DNA of 64,000 nt from Verrucomicrobiia bacterium (GTDB lineage Bacteria; Verrucomicrobiota; Verrucomicrobiia; Verrucomicrobiales; DEV007), in the NCBI GenBank assembly GCA_030427505.1, contig JAUICH010000019.1, positions 1 through 64,000 of the forward strand, in the 5' to 3' direction. Below are positions 39,570 through 48,633 of the stretch, piece by piece. Position 1 is the first letter of the stretch. The number at the start of each line of letters is the position of its first letter. The notes beneath the pieces were generated by a model that was not told where the DNA came from, did no database searches, and worked only from the letters and a program-made list of their open reading frames with translations. The position numbers were made by a program, and so were the translations under genes.

Positions 39570-39637
39570 GCAGCGCAGCGGGACGGGGCGGGATCGAGTC
39601 CCTTGATGGAGAATCGGCCCGCTCCTAAGATGGGAGC

Positions 39638-41020
39638 ATGACGAATTTCCGAAGCCCCCGCTCCGACTTCTGGATCTCCTTCCTGGTGCTGTTGGCCGTC
39701 GCGGTTTCAATAGTGGCCTGCAAGCTTGTGGCAGCGCCCACCGGCACGGAACGCCCTAACATGGTTCTCATCCTGGCGGACGACCTGGGCTATGGCTCCC
39801 TGGGCTGTTACGGCAGCACGGCGGTGAAGACCCCTAACATTGACGCCCTTGCCGCGGACGGGATGCGCTTCACCGATTTCCACAGCAATGGCGCCCTCTG
39901 CACGCCCACCCGCGCCGCGCTGCTCACGGGCCGCTACCAGCAGCGGGCGGCCTGGGTGGATGACGCGCTCCTGTCTCCGGAATTTCGCGAACAACGCGCC
40001 GCCAATCTGAAACAACGCTGGGCCTGGGGCCTGGCGCTGGATGAGCTGACCGTGGCTGACGTCCTCCGCTCCGCCGGTTACCGAACCGCGCTGTTTGGAA
40101 AGTGGCACCAGGGCTACGACCACCGCTTTCATCCCATGGAGCAAGGCTTCGACGAATTCCGCGGCTTCATCGGTGGCGCGGTGGACTACCACACCCACGT
40201 CGGCCATCACGGCCTGAAGGAACTGGACTGGTGGAAGGACAGGAAAATCCACAACGAGCCCGGCTACACCACGGACCTGCTGGCAGGTTACGCGGTGGAC
40301 TTCATCCGCCGCCAAGGGGACGCGGGCCAGCCTTTCTTTTGCTACATCACTCACGGCGCGCCCCACGGTCCCTGGCAAGGCCGCGACCCGGACTCCACGA
40401 GACCGGAAGTGGAGATCTACCGGGAGATCATCGAAGTCCTCGACGAGTCCGTCGGCCGGGTGCGGGACGCCGTCCGGGAAAGAGGACTCGAAGCTAACAC
40501 ACTCTTCATCTTCTGCTCCGACAACGGTCCCGATGCGCCAAAGGATTTCCCCTCCCCAAACGGACCGCTTCAGGGAAAGAAGGGCAAGCTCTTGGAAGGC
40601 GGCCACCGGGAACCCTGCCTCGCCGTCTGGCCGGGCGTCATTCCGGCGGGCACGGTCTGTGATGAGACGGTCATGATGATGGACTTGCTGCCTACCTTCG
40701 CCGCCCTCGCGGGTGTGGAGAATGCCATCCCAGAGGAACGGGAAATCGATGGGGTAAACCTTCTGCCCTTATTGAAAGGTGAAAAAACCGAACTCTCTGA
40801 TCGAGTGCTGCACTGGGAGCAAGGCGGCCTCTGGGCCGTGCGAGAGGGTCCCTGGAAACTCATGGGGAAGGAGGAAGAAGCTCAGACCCTGGTGAACTTG
40901 GACGAGGACCTCGGCGAGACCACTAACCTCCTTGCCGAAAAGCCAGAACTGGCTGAAAAGCTGCACACCCTGCACCGCGCGTGGGCGGAAGACGTGGGTA
41001 TGGGCGAACCACCGAAGTGA
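39638..41020 (+). CDS. Sulfatase (arylsulfatase family)
   Basis: 460 aa. LILADDLGYGSLGCYGS and CTPTRAALLTGRY (C-x-P-x-R). Confidence 0.85.
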   Translation: MTNFRSPRSDFWISFLVLLAVAVSIVACKLVAAPTGTERPNMVLILADDLGYGSLGCYGSTAVKTPNIDALAADGMRFTDFHSNGALCTPTRAALLTGRYQQRAAWVDDALLSPEFREQRAANLKQRWAWGLALDELTVADVLRSAGYRTALFGKWHQGYDHRFHPMEQGFDEFRGFIGGAVDYHTHVGHHGLKELDWWKDRKIHNEPGYTTDLLAGYAVDFIRRQGDAGQPFFCYITHGAPHGPWQGRDPDSTRPEVEIYREIIEVLDESVGRVRDAVRERGLEANTLFIFCSDNGPDAPKDFPSPNGPLQGKKGKLLEGGHREPCLAVWPGVIPAGTVCDETVMMMDLLPTFAALAGVENAIPEEREIDGVNLLPLLKGEKTELSDRVLHWEQGGLWAVREGPWKLMGKEEEAQTLVNLDEDLGETTNLLAEKPELAEKLHTLHRAWAEDVGMGEPPK

Positions 41021-41062
41021 AACTCAAGCTGGGATAGCCATTCCCATAGGTCATTAAGCGAT

Positions 41063-41266
41063 CCCACTCGTAAAGGTGGAACGCGATCTTCGAGGGCGTT
41101 CGCGAAAAGCACAGCAAGTCAGCTTTCCTTCCTTGTTAGGACATTGAACCCACCCTGCCCCCGCAGTCCTGCCTGTTTGATTCACGCATTTGAGCAAACC
41201 AGAGCGCCGTCGAAAACACTGGTGCCCGGTTCCCGAGTTCCTCGCCCGGAGGTCGAGGACCACCTT
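41063..41266 (+). repeat. Intergenic repeat element copy B (module 1 at 41063-41137, module 2 at 41224-41266)
   Basis: AAGGTGGAACGCGATCTTCGAGGGCGTTCGCGAAAAGCACAG…CCTTGTTAGGACATTG and GCCCGGTTCCCGAGTTCCTCGCCCGGAGGTCGAGGACCACCTT. See copy A. Confidence 0.5.
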
Positions 41267-41320
41267 CCTCCATTCGCGTCGCGGGCGACACCGATAATGA
41301 TACTGAGTCCCATTCTTTAG

Positions 41321-41339
41321 AATTAGAATAGTTCTAATT
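41321..41339. promoter_or_regulatory. Perfect 8-3-8 inverted repeat AATTAGAA-TAG-TTCTAATT upstream of the P-type ATPase (candidate operator)
   Basis: Read directly from the sequence. It lies in an AT-rich stretch about 47 nt upstream of the ATPase start codon. Confidence 0.4.
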
Positions 41340-41385
41340 TAGATTGATTCCGGCGGAAAACTGCACACGTTGATGCCGCAATCCC

Positions 41386-43716
41386 GTGTCTCAGTCACCC
41401 GTCATCCCCAAAAGTTCCTCTACTGGAGCGGACTCCGTCCGGCGCCAGCCGTCCCCTACCGGCTCAACCTCTCCAGAGTGGGTCGCCCGTCTCACGGACT
41501 TTCTTTCCGGAGAAAAACAGGTGGAAGCCATTCTCGTCGATGCCCAGACACACCGGGTGTCCGTGGCTACCTTGGGCAAGGTGGACGAGACGCGCCTGAA
41601 GGAAAAGCTGGATGCCGTGCTCCGCACCCTGGACGAGACGGTCTTCTCCACCCCGCCCACCGCTGGCGCAGGCGGCGGAGGCACCGGGATCATCCAGGTC
41701 CGGCAGTTGCCCCACGAAACGCTGCTGGAAAAACCGTCCTGCCCCACGGCCCCTCTCTTCTGGAAATGGCGGGAATTCGCTTGGCCGGAAGCCGACGAGT
41801 TGGAGGCCCAGACGCAGGAAGAATGGAAAGCCATGGCCTGGCAGGCAGGCATCTGTGGAGTGTCCCTCGTCGGCGCCTGGGCCCTCGCGAAAACCGGTAC
41901 CGGACCGGCATGGTTACCCATTGCGTTTTACTCCGTCTCTCTGCTGTCCGGCGGCTGGGACGCGGCCATCGATACCTGGGCAAAGTTGCGCCAGGGCCAG
42001 TTGGACATTCACTTCCTCATGCTGGCCGTGGCGGCGGGTGCCGTAGCCATCGGCGCCTGGGCGGAGGGCGCGCTGCTCTTGTTCCTCTTCTCGCTGTCCG
42101 GCGCTCTCGAGCACTACGCCCTGCACCGCACCCACCGGGAGATCAATGCCCTCACCAAAGCCTCGCCCAAGACCGCGCGTGTGGTGTTGCCTTCCGGAGA
42201 AACGGAAACCCGCGCCGTGGCCCTCCTTGAGCCGGGCGACCTTATCATTGTTAAACCCGATGAGACCTTCCCCGTGGACGGCGAAATCCTGGAGGGCAAG
42301 ACCGCCGCGGACGAGTCCAACCTGACCGGCGAATCCCACCCCGTGCCAAAGGAAGTGGGCGATAAAGTCTTTAGCGGCACGCTGAATGAATGGGGCCTGG
42401 TGCGGGTAGAGGTCACCCGCCTGGCTTCGGAAAGCGCCCTCCAGAAAATCATCGCTCTCATCCAGCAAGCCCAGCATCTGAAGGCGCCCAGCCAACGCTT
42501 CACCGATCGCTTCGGCACGCACTACACCTACGTCATCTTGAGCGTTACGCTCATCATGTTCCTGGTCTGGTGGCTGGTACTGAAGGTACCGCCCTTTGAA
42601 AACACGGAAGCCACCGGCTTCTCCGCCTTTTACCGCGCCATGACCCTGCTGGTGGTGGCCAGCCCCTGCGCGCTGGTGCTGTCCATCCCCTCCGCCATCC
42701 TGGCGGCCATCGCCTGGGGCGCGAAGCACGGCATTCTCTTTCGCGGTGGCGCAGCCATCGAGAAACTGGCGGAGGTGGACGCCGTGGCGCTGGACAAGAC
42801 CGGCACCCTGACCACCGGCGAACTGACGGTGCACGCCGTCGAAAGCTTTCCCGAAGGCCGCGAAGACGACGTGGCGGCCATCGCCTACACCCTGGAATCC
42901 CAGTCGAACCACCCCATCGCCCGCGCCATCACGGAGTATGGGAAAAAGCACGGCCTGGCGTCCCGCGATCTGGATGAATTTCAGTCCCTCTCCGGCAAGG
43001 GTCTGCGGGGCAAGGTAGACGAAAAAGTCTGCTACCTGGGCCGGCGCGAGTTGATGGAATCTGGCGCTCTGAAAGACTTCATCGCCCAGGCGCCCGAGCC
43101 TCCCGTGGAGTTCGCCGAGGTGTGGGTGGTGCACGAAGACCTCATCGGCCGCGTGCTCCTGAAAGATCAGATCCGCCAGGAAAGCAAAGGCGTCCTGGCC
43201 GCGTTAAAAGCCAGCGGCGTCACCACCATCATGCTCACCGGCGACCGGCGCGGCGCGGCGGAAAAGGTGGCCCACGAACTGGGCGTGGACGACGTCCGCG
43301 CCGGGCTGCACCCCGAAGACAAAGTCAAAGCCATCCAGGAACTTGCTGAAGCCGGTCACAAGGTCGCCATGGTCGGCGATGGCGTGAACGATGCCCCCAG
43401 CCTGGCCGCCGCCTACGTCTCCGTCGCCATGGGCGGCAAAGGCAGCGACGCCGCCCTCGAACAAAGCGACGTGGTCCTGATGAAAGACCGCATCGAAAAA
43501 CTCCTCACTGCCCGCTCCCTCAGCCTCTCCGCCCGCCACGTCATCCACCAAAACCTCGCCATCTCCCTCGGCACCGTGCTCCTGATGGTCAGCCTGGCGC
43601 TACTGGGGAACGTGCATCTCACCCTGGGCGTTATGGCCCACGAAGGCAGCACGGTGCTGGTGTGCTTGAATAGCTTGCGGTTGTTATTTGGGCGGGAAAA
43701 ATCACCCGCAAACTAA
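41386..43716 (+). CDS. Heavy-metal translocating P1B-type ATPase (P1B-4-like, Co2+/Zn2+/Cd2+; SPC motif, no N-terminal HMA domain)
   Basis: DKTGTLT phosphorylation site, TGDRRGAAEKVA, GDGVNDAP hinge, TM6 SPC motif (VVASPCALVLSIP). No CxxC metal-binding domain at the N-terminus. Confidence 0.85.
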   Translation: MSQSPVIPKSSSTGADSVRRQPSPTGSTSPEWVARLTDFLSGEKQVEAILVDAQTHRVSVATLGKVDETRLKEKLDAVLRTLDETVFSTPPTAGAGGGGTGIIQVRQLPHETLLEKPSCPTAPLFWKWREFAWPEADELEAQTQEEWKAMAWQAGICGVSLVGAWALAKTGTGPAWLPIAFYSVSLLSGGWDAAIDTWAKLRQGQLDIHFLMLAVAAGAVAIGAWAEGALLLFLFSLSGALEHYALHRTHREINALTKASPKTARVVLPSGETETRAVALLEPGDLIIVKPDETFPVDGEILEGKTAADESNLTGESHPVPKEVGDKVFSGTLNEWGLVRVEVTRLASESALQKIIALIQQAQHLKAPSQRFTDRFGTHYTYVILSVTLIMFLVWWLVLKVPPFENTEATGFSAFYRAMTLLVVASPCALVLSIPSAILAAIAWGAKHGILFRGGAAIEKLAEVDAVALDKTGTLTTGELTVHAVESFPEGREDDVAAIAYTLESQSNHPIARAITEYGKKHGLASRDLDEFQSLSGKGLRGKVDEKVCYLGRRELMESGALKDFIAQAPEPPVEFAEVWVVHEDLIGRVLLKDQIRQESKGVLAALKASGVTTIMLTGDRRGAAEKVAHELGVDDVRAGLHPEDKVKAIQELAEAGHKVAMVGDGVNDAPSLAAAYVSVAMGGKGSDAALEQSDVVLMKDRIEKLLTARSLSLSARHVIHQNLAISLGTVLLMVSLALLGNVHLTLGVMAHEGSTVLVCLNSLRLLFGREKSPAN

Positions 43717-43858
43717 CCTGCGGATCTTCACAAGTATTCGTGGCGAGACATCGAGAAGCCAGTACCGGCATGCTGCGGCGGTGAACTGGCAAAAAAAGAA
43801 ACACAAGCAGGGCCATGGTTATGGCCTTCATTCATCGATTCTGGTGTAAAACCGTTCG

Positions 43859-44164
43859 TCACTCCTTCCAAGTGGCGTCACGCTTTTTCCAATAGCCAGG
43901 CTTTCTGCTCTGGTGCATCACGGCAATGATCCGGACGGTGTCTCCCTTGATTTCATAGATCAATTGGTAGGAAAACCGGCGAGTCGCGACCTTGCGATAG
44001 GGGGAATCAAATTGACGAGCACGTTCCGGTTCCTCCGCGATTAGCCGAGCCGCCGCCATGGCTTCATCTATAAACTCCTCTCCCAGCCCTGGCTGCCGTT
44101 GCTCGTAAAAAATCGCTGCATCCACCATTTCCCGCTCCGTGGCGGGATGCCAGATCAAAGTCAT
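43859..44164 (-). CDS. Type II toxin, RelE/ParE family
   Basis: About 101 aa. …FSYQLIYEIKGDTVRIIAVMHQSRKPGYW is typical of the ParE/RelE fold. Tightly coupled to the upstream antitoxin gene (antitoxin stop TGA overlaps an alternative GTG start at 44173). Confidence 0.7.
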   Translation of the reverse strand: MTLIWHPATEREMVDAAIFYEQRQPGLGEEFIDEAMAAARLIAEEPERARQFDSPYRKVATRRFSYQLIYEIKGDTVRIIAVMHQSRKPGYWKKRDATWKE

Positions 44165-44169
44165 GCGAC

Positions 44170-44424
44170 TCACTCCGGTGATGTCACATGGCGGAACTTC
44201 TCACGGACGCGCGACATCATCTCTTCATGGGAGACTCCCTCCACTCTACCTTCATCCAGGTCCCGGCTACGTCGATCCAACTCAGCTTTCCATTCCGGAT
44301 CGAGAGGACCATCATTTTCGAGTCGTTCGATCTCCGCCTTGATCACCTGAAACTCATCCCAAGGGATCTGGGCAGCCACGGGCTTTCCCTCCGCGTCAGT
44401 GACAATCTGGTGAGTGATGGTCAT
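44170..44424 (-). CDS. Antitoxin (putative addiction-module component, partner of the RelE/ParE-type toxin)
   Basis: 84 aa, acidic. …EWKAELDRRSRDLDEGRVEGVSHEEMMSRVREKF matches the CHP02574-like antitoxin family found upstream of RelE/ParE toxins. Confidence 0.6.
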   Translation of the reverse strand: MTITHQIVTDAEGKPVAAQIPWDEFQVIKAEIERLENDGPLDPEWKAELDRRSRDLDEGRVEGVSHEEMMSRVREKFRHVTSPE

Positions 44425-44587
44425 TCTCTGAAGCTACTCCATCGATGAATTTCTTTCCAGTCGCTTTGCAGAGTGCGAAATGAGCCAAATTCGCCACGGA
44501 GTGGCCGGACCGCGCTTTCAGGTCAGGCAACGATCTCCTCTAAGGAAAGAACTCGTTGGGTACGACAGAGAAAGAAACGCTTCGCCG

Positions 44588-47227
44588 TTACTCAAACGTA
44601 ATCGCCGCCGGCGCCGGCAGCTTCACACGGCTTTCGCGGGCGGAGGGCATTTCCAGGGCCGGGAAACCTTCCGCGGATTGGGACTCGGAGTCATCGGAAG
44701 TTGAAGCCTCTGGCGAAGTTTCGTCTCCGTCTCCATCGACACTGCCGGCTTGCTGCCCCGATTCTTCTTCATCTCCGCTTGAGGCGAAACTTTCGTCCGG
44801 GGACGGCCCCTTGGGTTTTGGGCTGGCGATGTTTACCACGCGGGCCCGGATGACGGGGGTAACCGCATTGTAAGGATCGTCTCCCAGGATGGTGGGTCCC
44901 ACCGGCAGGACGGGGGCGGAGTTGGCCACCCGGGCGCGGAGGGGGGAAGACGTCATGTTCATCGACAGGAGATTTTCCACCGGTGCGGGTCCAATGGCGC
45001 CGGGGAGCGGCTCGCCAGAATGGATGGTGCAGATGCGGGTGATCGGCGTGTCGGGGCGGACGTATTCCACGTAGGCCGTGGCCCTTCTTTCGGTGGGCAT
45101 CCCGGGGCCATCGGACACGTTCTCAAAGCAGGCGTCCGTGGCCAGACCACCGGAGATCTTGCACAGCTTCACCTTCTGCGCGCCCTCTGGCGGGGCGAAT
45201 GCCTCGGGCGGATAGATCTCCGCGGCGGCGTTCATTGCGTCCACCCAGATGGGCAGGACGGTGGTATTACTGAAGGCGCCTTTGTAGATGGTCTTCGGCG
45301 TATCAAAGCCCGCCCACACGGCGCAGGTGACCCGGTCGGTAAAGCCGACGAACCAGTTGTCCGTGTAGGCGTATTCCGTGCCGGTTTTACCCGCCACGGG
45401 GAAATCTTTCAGTCCGTATTCGGTGTAGGCCTTCCGGCCGGTGCCTTCCTTCAAGGCGTCTTCCAGACAACTGGTGATCTGGTAGGCCGTGACGGTATCG
45501 ACAATGCTCTCTTCCTTGAAGTCCAGGTGTTCCCCCTCGGGGATGGATTTGCCTTGCCCGTCTTCGATCCGGGAAATGATGAAGGTTTCGCGCGGGCGGC
45601 TGCCACCATTCGGAAAGACGGTGTAGGCCAGGCACATCTCGCTCAAGGTTGCCTCGCTACGACCGAGCAGCGTGGCGTTGTAGTTCTTGATATCGCTCAG
45701 GAAATGGATGCCGGCATTCTGCGCCAGCCCGACCACATTGGACAGTCCCGCGGAAATCCCCAGGCGCACGGTGGCGGCGATCTTCGACTGCGTGAGAGCC
45801 CGCCGGGCACTGATGGAGCCTTCGTGGAAGTCCTTGGCCAGGGTCTCCACGCCCCACTCTCCAAGAATACCGCTCATGCCGCCGATCATGACGCGGCGGT
45901 TGTCGATCGGGGAATCGTCCACTTCGGTGCCCGGGAAGTCGCCCTGCTGAAAGGCCGCGGCATAGACGAAAGGAAGGAAAGCCGTGCCAGGAGGCCGGCG
46001 GGCCATCGTAGTGCGGTCGAACATGCTGTCGGAGAAATCCCGTCCACCCACGGACGCGAGGATGGCGCCGGACCGGTTGTCGATCAGCAGGAGCGCCCCC
46101 TGGAGGTATTCCGGCGCGGGCGGAGACTTGTCCGCCGGCTGGCTCGTCTTACTCCACTCTTCTTTGAGCGTTTTGTATTCCTTAATCGTCTGGTGCTTGT
46201 ACCCCGTGACAGACTCCTCCACCACGGCGAGATGGGTCTTGATGCTGTTTTCCGCCAGCTTTTGCAGGTGGTTGTCGATGGTGGTGTAGATGCGGAAGCC
46301 CCCTTCGTAAGCCCGTTCGTAGCCCAGCAAGTCTATGACCTTCTGGCGCACCTGCTCGTAAACGTAGTTGCTGCGATTGGCGCGGTTCTGTTTCGGGACG
46401 GTATGAAGCGGTTCCCCGGAGAGCTTCAGCACCTGGTCGTAGCCGATCTTGCTCTCTTCATACATCCGCCGGAAGATGAAGTTCCGGGTCTTCAGAGAGC
46501 CTTCGGGATTGTTGAAGGGAGAAAGGCGATTCGGGCTCTTGATCAACCCACAGAGGGTGGCGCTGTCGGCGACGGTCAGTTCGCTGGTCGTCTTGCCGAA
46601 ATAGCCTTCCGCCGCCGCCTCGATTCCGTAGAAGCCGCTCCCGAAATAAATGCGGTTGAAGTACAGTTCCAGGATCTCTTCCTTCTTGAAGCGTTCCTCC
46701 AGCCGCGCCGCCAGGAAGGCCTCCACGAGTTTTCGCTCCAGGGTACGTTCCCGCAGTTCGAAGGCATTCCGGGCCAGCTGCTGGGTAATAGTACTGGCGC
46801 CCTGGGTAACCTCTCCCGCCTGGAGGTTCAGGACAACCGCGCGGGCGATGCCTTGGTAGTCCACCCCCCGGTGCTCGAAAAAGCGGGAGTCCTCCGCCGA
46901 GGTCAGAGCATCCACGAGATGCTGCGGAATCTCCGCGTAGGTGATGGGCTGCCGGTTCTGGACATATATGCGGCCGATTTCTTCCCCGTTCCGGTCGTAA
47001 ATGAGGCTGGCCTTCTCCAGCTTGTAAACGTCGTTCAGGTCGAAGAGCGCGGCCTTTTCCTTGAACTGCCCCAAGTAGAACAGGACGCAGACGCCCCCCA
47101 TGGCCACAAACACCATGAAAATGCCGGACAAGATGGCCAGCCATTTCGCCACTCTCACCCAGGCCTTCCGGTTCCGCCGGTGGACGCGAGGCTCGAGAAA
47201 CAGGGATCGGGAGACTTCGTCAGGCAC
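44588..47227 (-). CDS. Penicillin-binding protein 1A (bifunctional glycosyltransferase/transpeptidase, class A PBP) with low-complexity C-terminal tail
   Basis: N-terminal TM anchor. GT51 motifs (EDSRFFEHRGVD, GASTITQQLARN, RKLVEAFLAARLE). Transpeptidase STxK (GTAFLPF…SASV.. region) and KTGT motif (AGKTGTEYAYTDNWFVGF). Ser/Asp/Glu-rich tail. Confidence 0.85.
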   Translation of the reverse strand: MPDEVSRSLFLEPRVHRRNRKAWVRVAKWLAILSGIFMVFVAMGGVCVLFYLGQFKEKAALFDLNDVYKLEKASLIYDRNGEEIGRIYVQNRQPITYAEIPQHLVDALTSAEDSRFFEHRGVDYQGIARAVVLNLQAGEVTQGASTITQQLARNAFELRERTLERKLVEAFLAARLEERFKKEEILELYFNRIYFGSGFYGIEAAAEGYFGKTTSELTVADSATLCGLIKSPNRLSPFNNPEGSLKTRNFIFRRMYEESKIGYDQVLKLSGEPLHTVPKQNRANRSNYVYEQVRQKVIDLLGYERAYEGGFRIYTTIDNHLQKLAENSIKTHLAVVEESVTGYKHQTIKEYKTLKEEWSKTSQPADKSPPAPEYLQGALLLIDNRSGAILASVGGRDFSDSMFDRTTMARRPPGTAFLPFVYAAAFQQGDFPGTEVDDSPIDNRRVMIGGMSGILGEWGVETLAKDFHEGSISARRALTQSKIAATVRLGISAGLSNVVGLAQNAGIHFLSDIKNYNATLLGRSEATLSEMCLAYTVFPNGGSRPRETFIISRIEDGQGKSIPEGEHLDFKEESIVDTVTAYQITSCLEDALKEGTGRKAYTEYGLKDFPVAGKTGTEYAYTDNWFVGFTDRVTCAVWAGFDTPKTIYKGAFSNTTVLPIWVDAMNAAAEIYPPEAFAPPEGAQKVKLCKISGGLATDACFENVSDGPGMPTERRATAYVEYVRPDTPITRICTIHSGEPLPGAIGPAPVENLLSMNMTSSPLRARVANSAPVLPVGPTILGDDPYNAVTPVIRARVVNIASPKPKGPSPDESFASSGDEEESGQQAGSVDGDGDETSPEASTSDDSESQSAEGFPALEMPSARESRVKLPAPAAITFE

Positions 47228-47424
47228 GATTTGATTGGGAGAAATTGAGATCCGTCGCCAGATAAGAAAGCCGAATACCCGCAGCTTGAGGCAGTTGATT
47301 TCCAGGTTCTAAGTTCATCCTGCGCAAGCGTCCGGGATCCGTTTCGATAATCCGTTTAAACTAAGGCCGGGCAATATGCGGTGCAACCCGCCTCAGAGCA
47401 AGTATCTGTCGGGTCTGGAAGATC

Positions 47425-48597
47425 ATGGAAGGAAATCACAGCCAAACGTTAGAGGACCTTATCAAAGGGAAAATACGGGCGCAGGGAGGCCTTTCTTTCC
47501 CGGAATTCATGGAACTCGCGCTCTATGAGCCAGAGTATGGCTATTACAGCCGCACCCCGGCCATCGGGCGGCGGGAGGGCGATTTCTACACCAGCGTCAG
47601 CGTGGGACCGGTCTTTGGAATCTTGCTAGGCTACGCCCTGGAAGCCCAGTGGCGGCGCGATGGCGCCCCGGAAGACGGCTACTGGATTCTCGAACAAGGC
47701 GCGCACGACGGCCAGCTGGCGCTGGACATTCTGGATGGACTAGCCCAGCGGAACAGCCCCCTTCACGGTGTGCTCCGCTACGGCATCCTCGAAAGCCGTG
47801 CGCCCCAACGGACGTTGCTGGGGAAGCGGTTGGGCGAAAAGAACGTCACCCTTTTCGACTCCGTGGACGCTTTCATCCACGCCAATGGCAGCGGCGGTCA
47901 CCACGGCCTCTTTCTCTGCAACGAACTTGTGGACGCCTTCCCGGCTGCCCGGGTGCGTTTTAACGCGGACCAGGGCGAATGGGAGGAGCTGTATGTGGTG
48001 GAGGCTGCCGGGAAAGGGGCACTCGAAACAGAAACAAATGCCGTAGAGTCTCCATTCGTCTGGGAAACCCGCTCCCTGGAGACAAATGCCGCCCTGCGCG
48101 CCTGGGCGGAGAAAAAATTGGGCCCGGATTTTCCGGACGGCTACGTCACGGAGATCTGCCTGGCGGCCCGCGACTGGGTGCGGGAAATCGCCGGCCTCTT
48201 CGGCGGCCGGGGCGCGTGGTGGATCATCGACTACGGGATGGGGGTGGACGACTACCTGGCGCCGGAACGGCGGGACGGCACGCTGCGCTGCTACCGGGAT
48301 CACCGGGCCACGGACGATCCTTTTTCTGGCCTGGGTGAGACGGACATCACCACCCATGTCAATTTCACCTGGCTGGCGGAATGGGCGGAGGAAGCCGGGC
48401 TCAAAGCCACGCCTCTGGCGGATCAACACACCTTTCTGACCCGTGCCGCCATGCCCTGGCTTCAAGCGCTGGAACAAACCAGCGGCGCAACCGGTCTGAC
48501 CCAGGAGCAAAGCGCCCTGGTCCGCCAGTTCCAGACCCTCACCCATCCCGGCATGATGGGCCGGGTGTTCAAGGTGCTGGTGCTAGAGCGGCCTTAG
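47425..48597 (+). CDS. Class I SAM-dependent methyltransferase, MidA/NDUFAF7 (DUF185) family
   Basis: 390 aa. LSFPEFMELALYEPEYGYYS and …GPVFG… motifs characteristic of the MidA family. Confidence 0.7.
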   Translation: MEGNHSQTLEDLIKGKIRAQGGLSFPEFMELALYEPEYGYYSRTPAIGRREGDFYTSVSVGPVFGILLGYALEAQWRRDGAPEDGYWILEQGAHDGQLALDILDGLAQRNSPLHGVLRYGILESRAPQRTLLGKRLGEKNVTLFDSVDAFIHANGSGGHHGLFLCNELVDAFPAARVRFNADQGEWEELYVVEAAGKGALETETNAVESPFVWETRSLETNAALRAWAEKKLGPDFPDGYVTEICLAARDWVREIAGLFGGRGAWWIIDYGMGVDDYLAPERRDGTLRCYRDHRATDDPFSGLGETDITTHVNFTWLAEWAEEAGLKATPLADQHTFLTRAAMPWLQALEQTSGATGLTQEQSALVRQFQTLTHPGMMGRVFKVLVLERP

Positions 48598-48633
48598 AAT
48601 AAAGGGTACCATCTCCTAACGGCGTCGCGAAGC

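Noticed and set aside
39045-40606. Minus-strand ORFs (221 aa, 299 aa) across the SLOG-like gene and the third sulfatase
   Set aside because: The 299-aa ORF is antisense to the sulfatase. The 221-aa ORF is antisense to the SLOG-like ORF. The latter choice of strand is less certain, but the plus-strand product has a coherent Rossmann-like pattern and the minus product is Arg/Gly/Pro-rich.
41914-43134. 406-aa minus-strand ORF inside the P-type ATPase gene
   Set aside because: Antisense to a gene with DKTGT, GDGVNDAP and SPC motifs.
43812-43840. Hairpin GGCCAT-GGTT-ATGGCC between the ATPase and the toxin gene as a bidirectional terminator
   Set aside because: The stem is only 6 bp, and the T/A-runs sit 10-12 nt away from the stem on the minus strand. 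It is mentioned under the TA finding but is too weak to annotate as a feature.
45020-47248. 742-aa plus-strand ORF antisense to PBP1A
   Set aside because: PBP1A on the minus strand has complete GT51 and transpeptidase motifs. This product is Gly/Arg/Val-rich without motifs.
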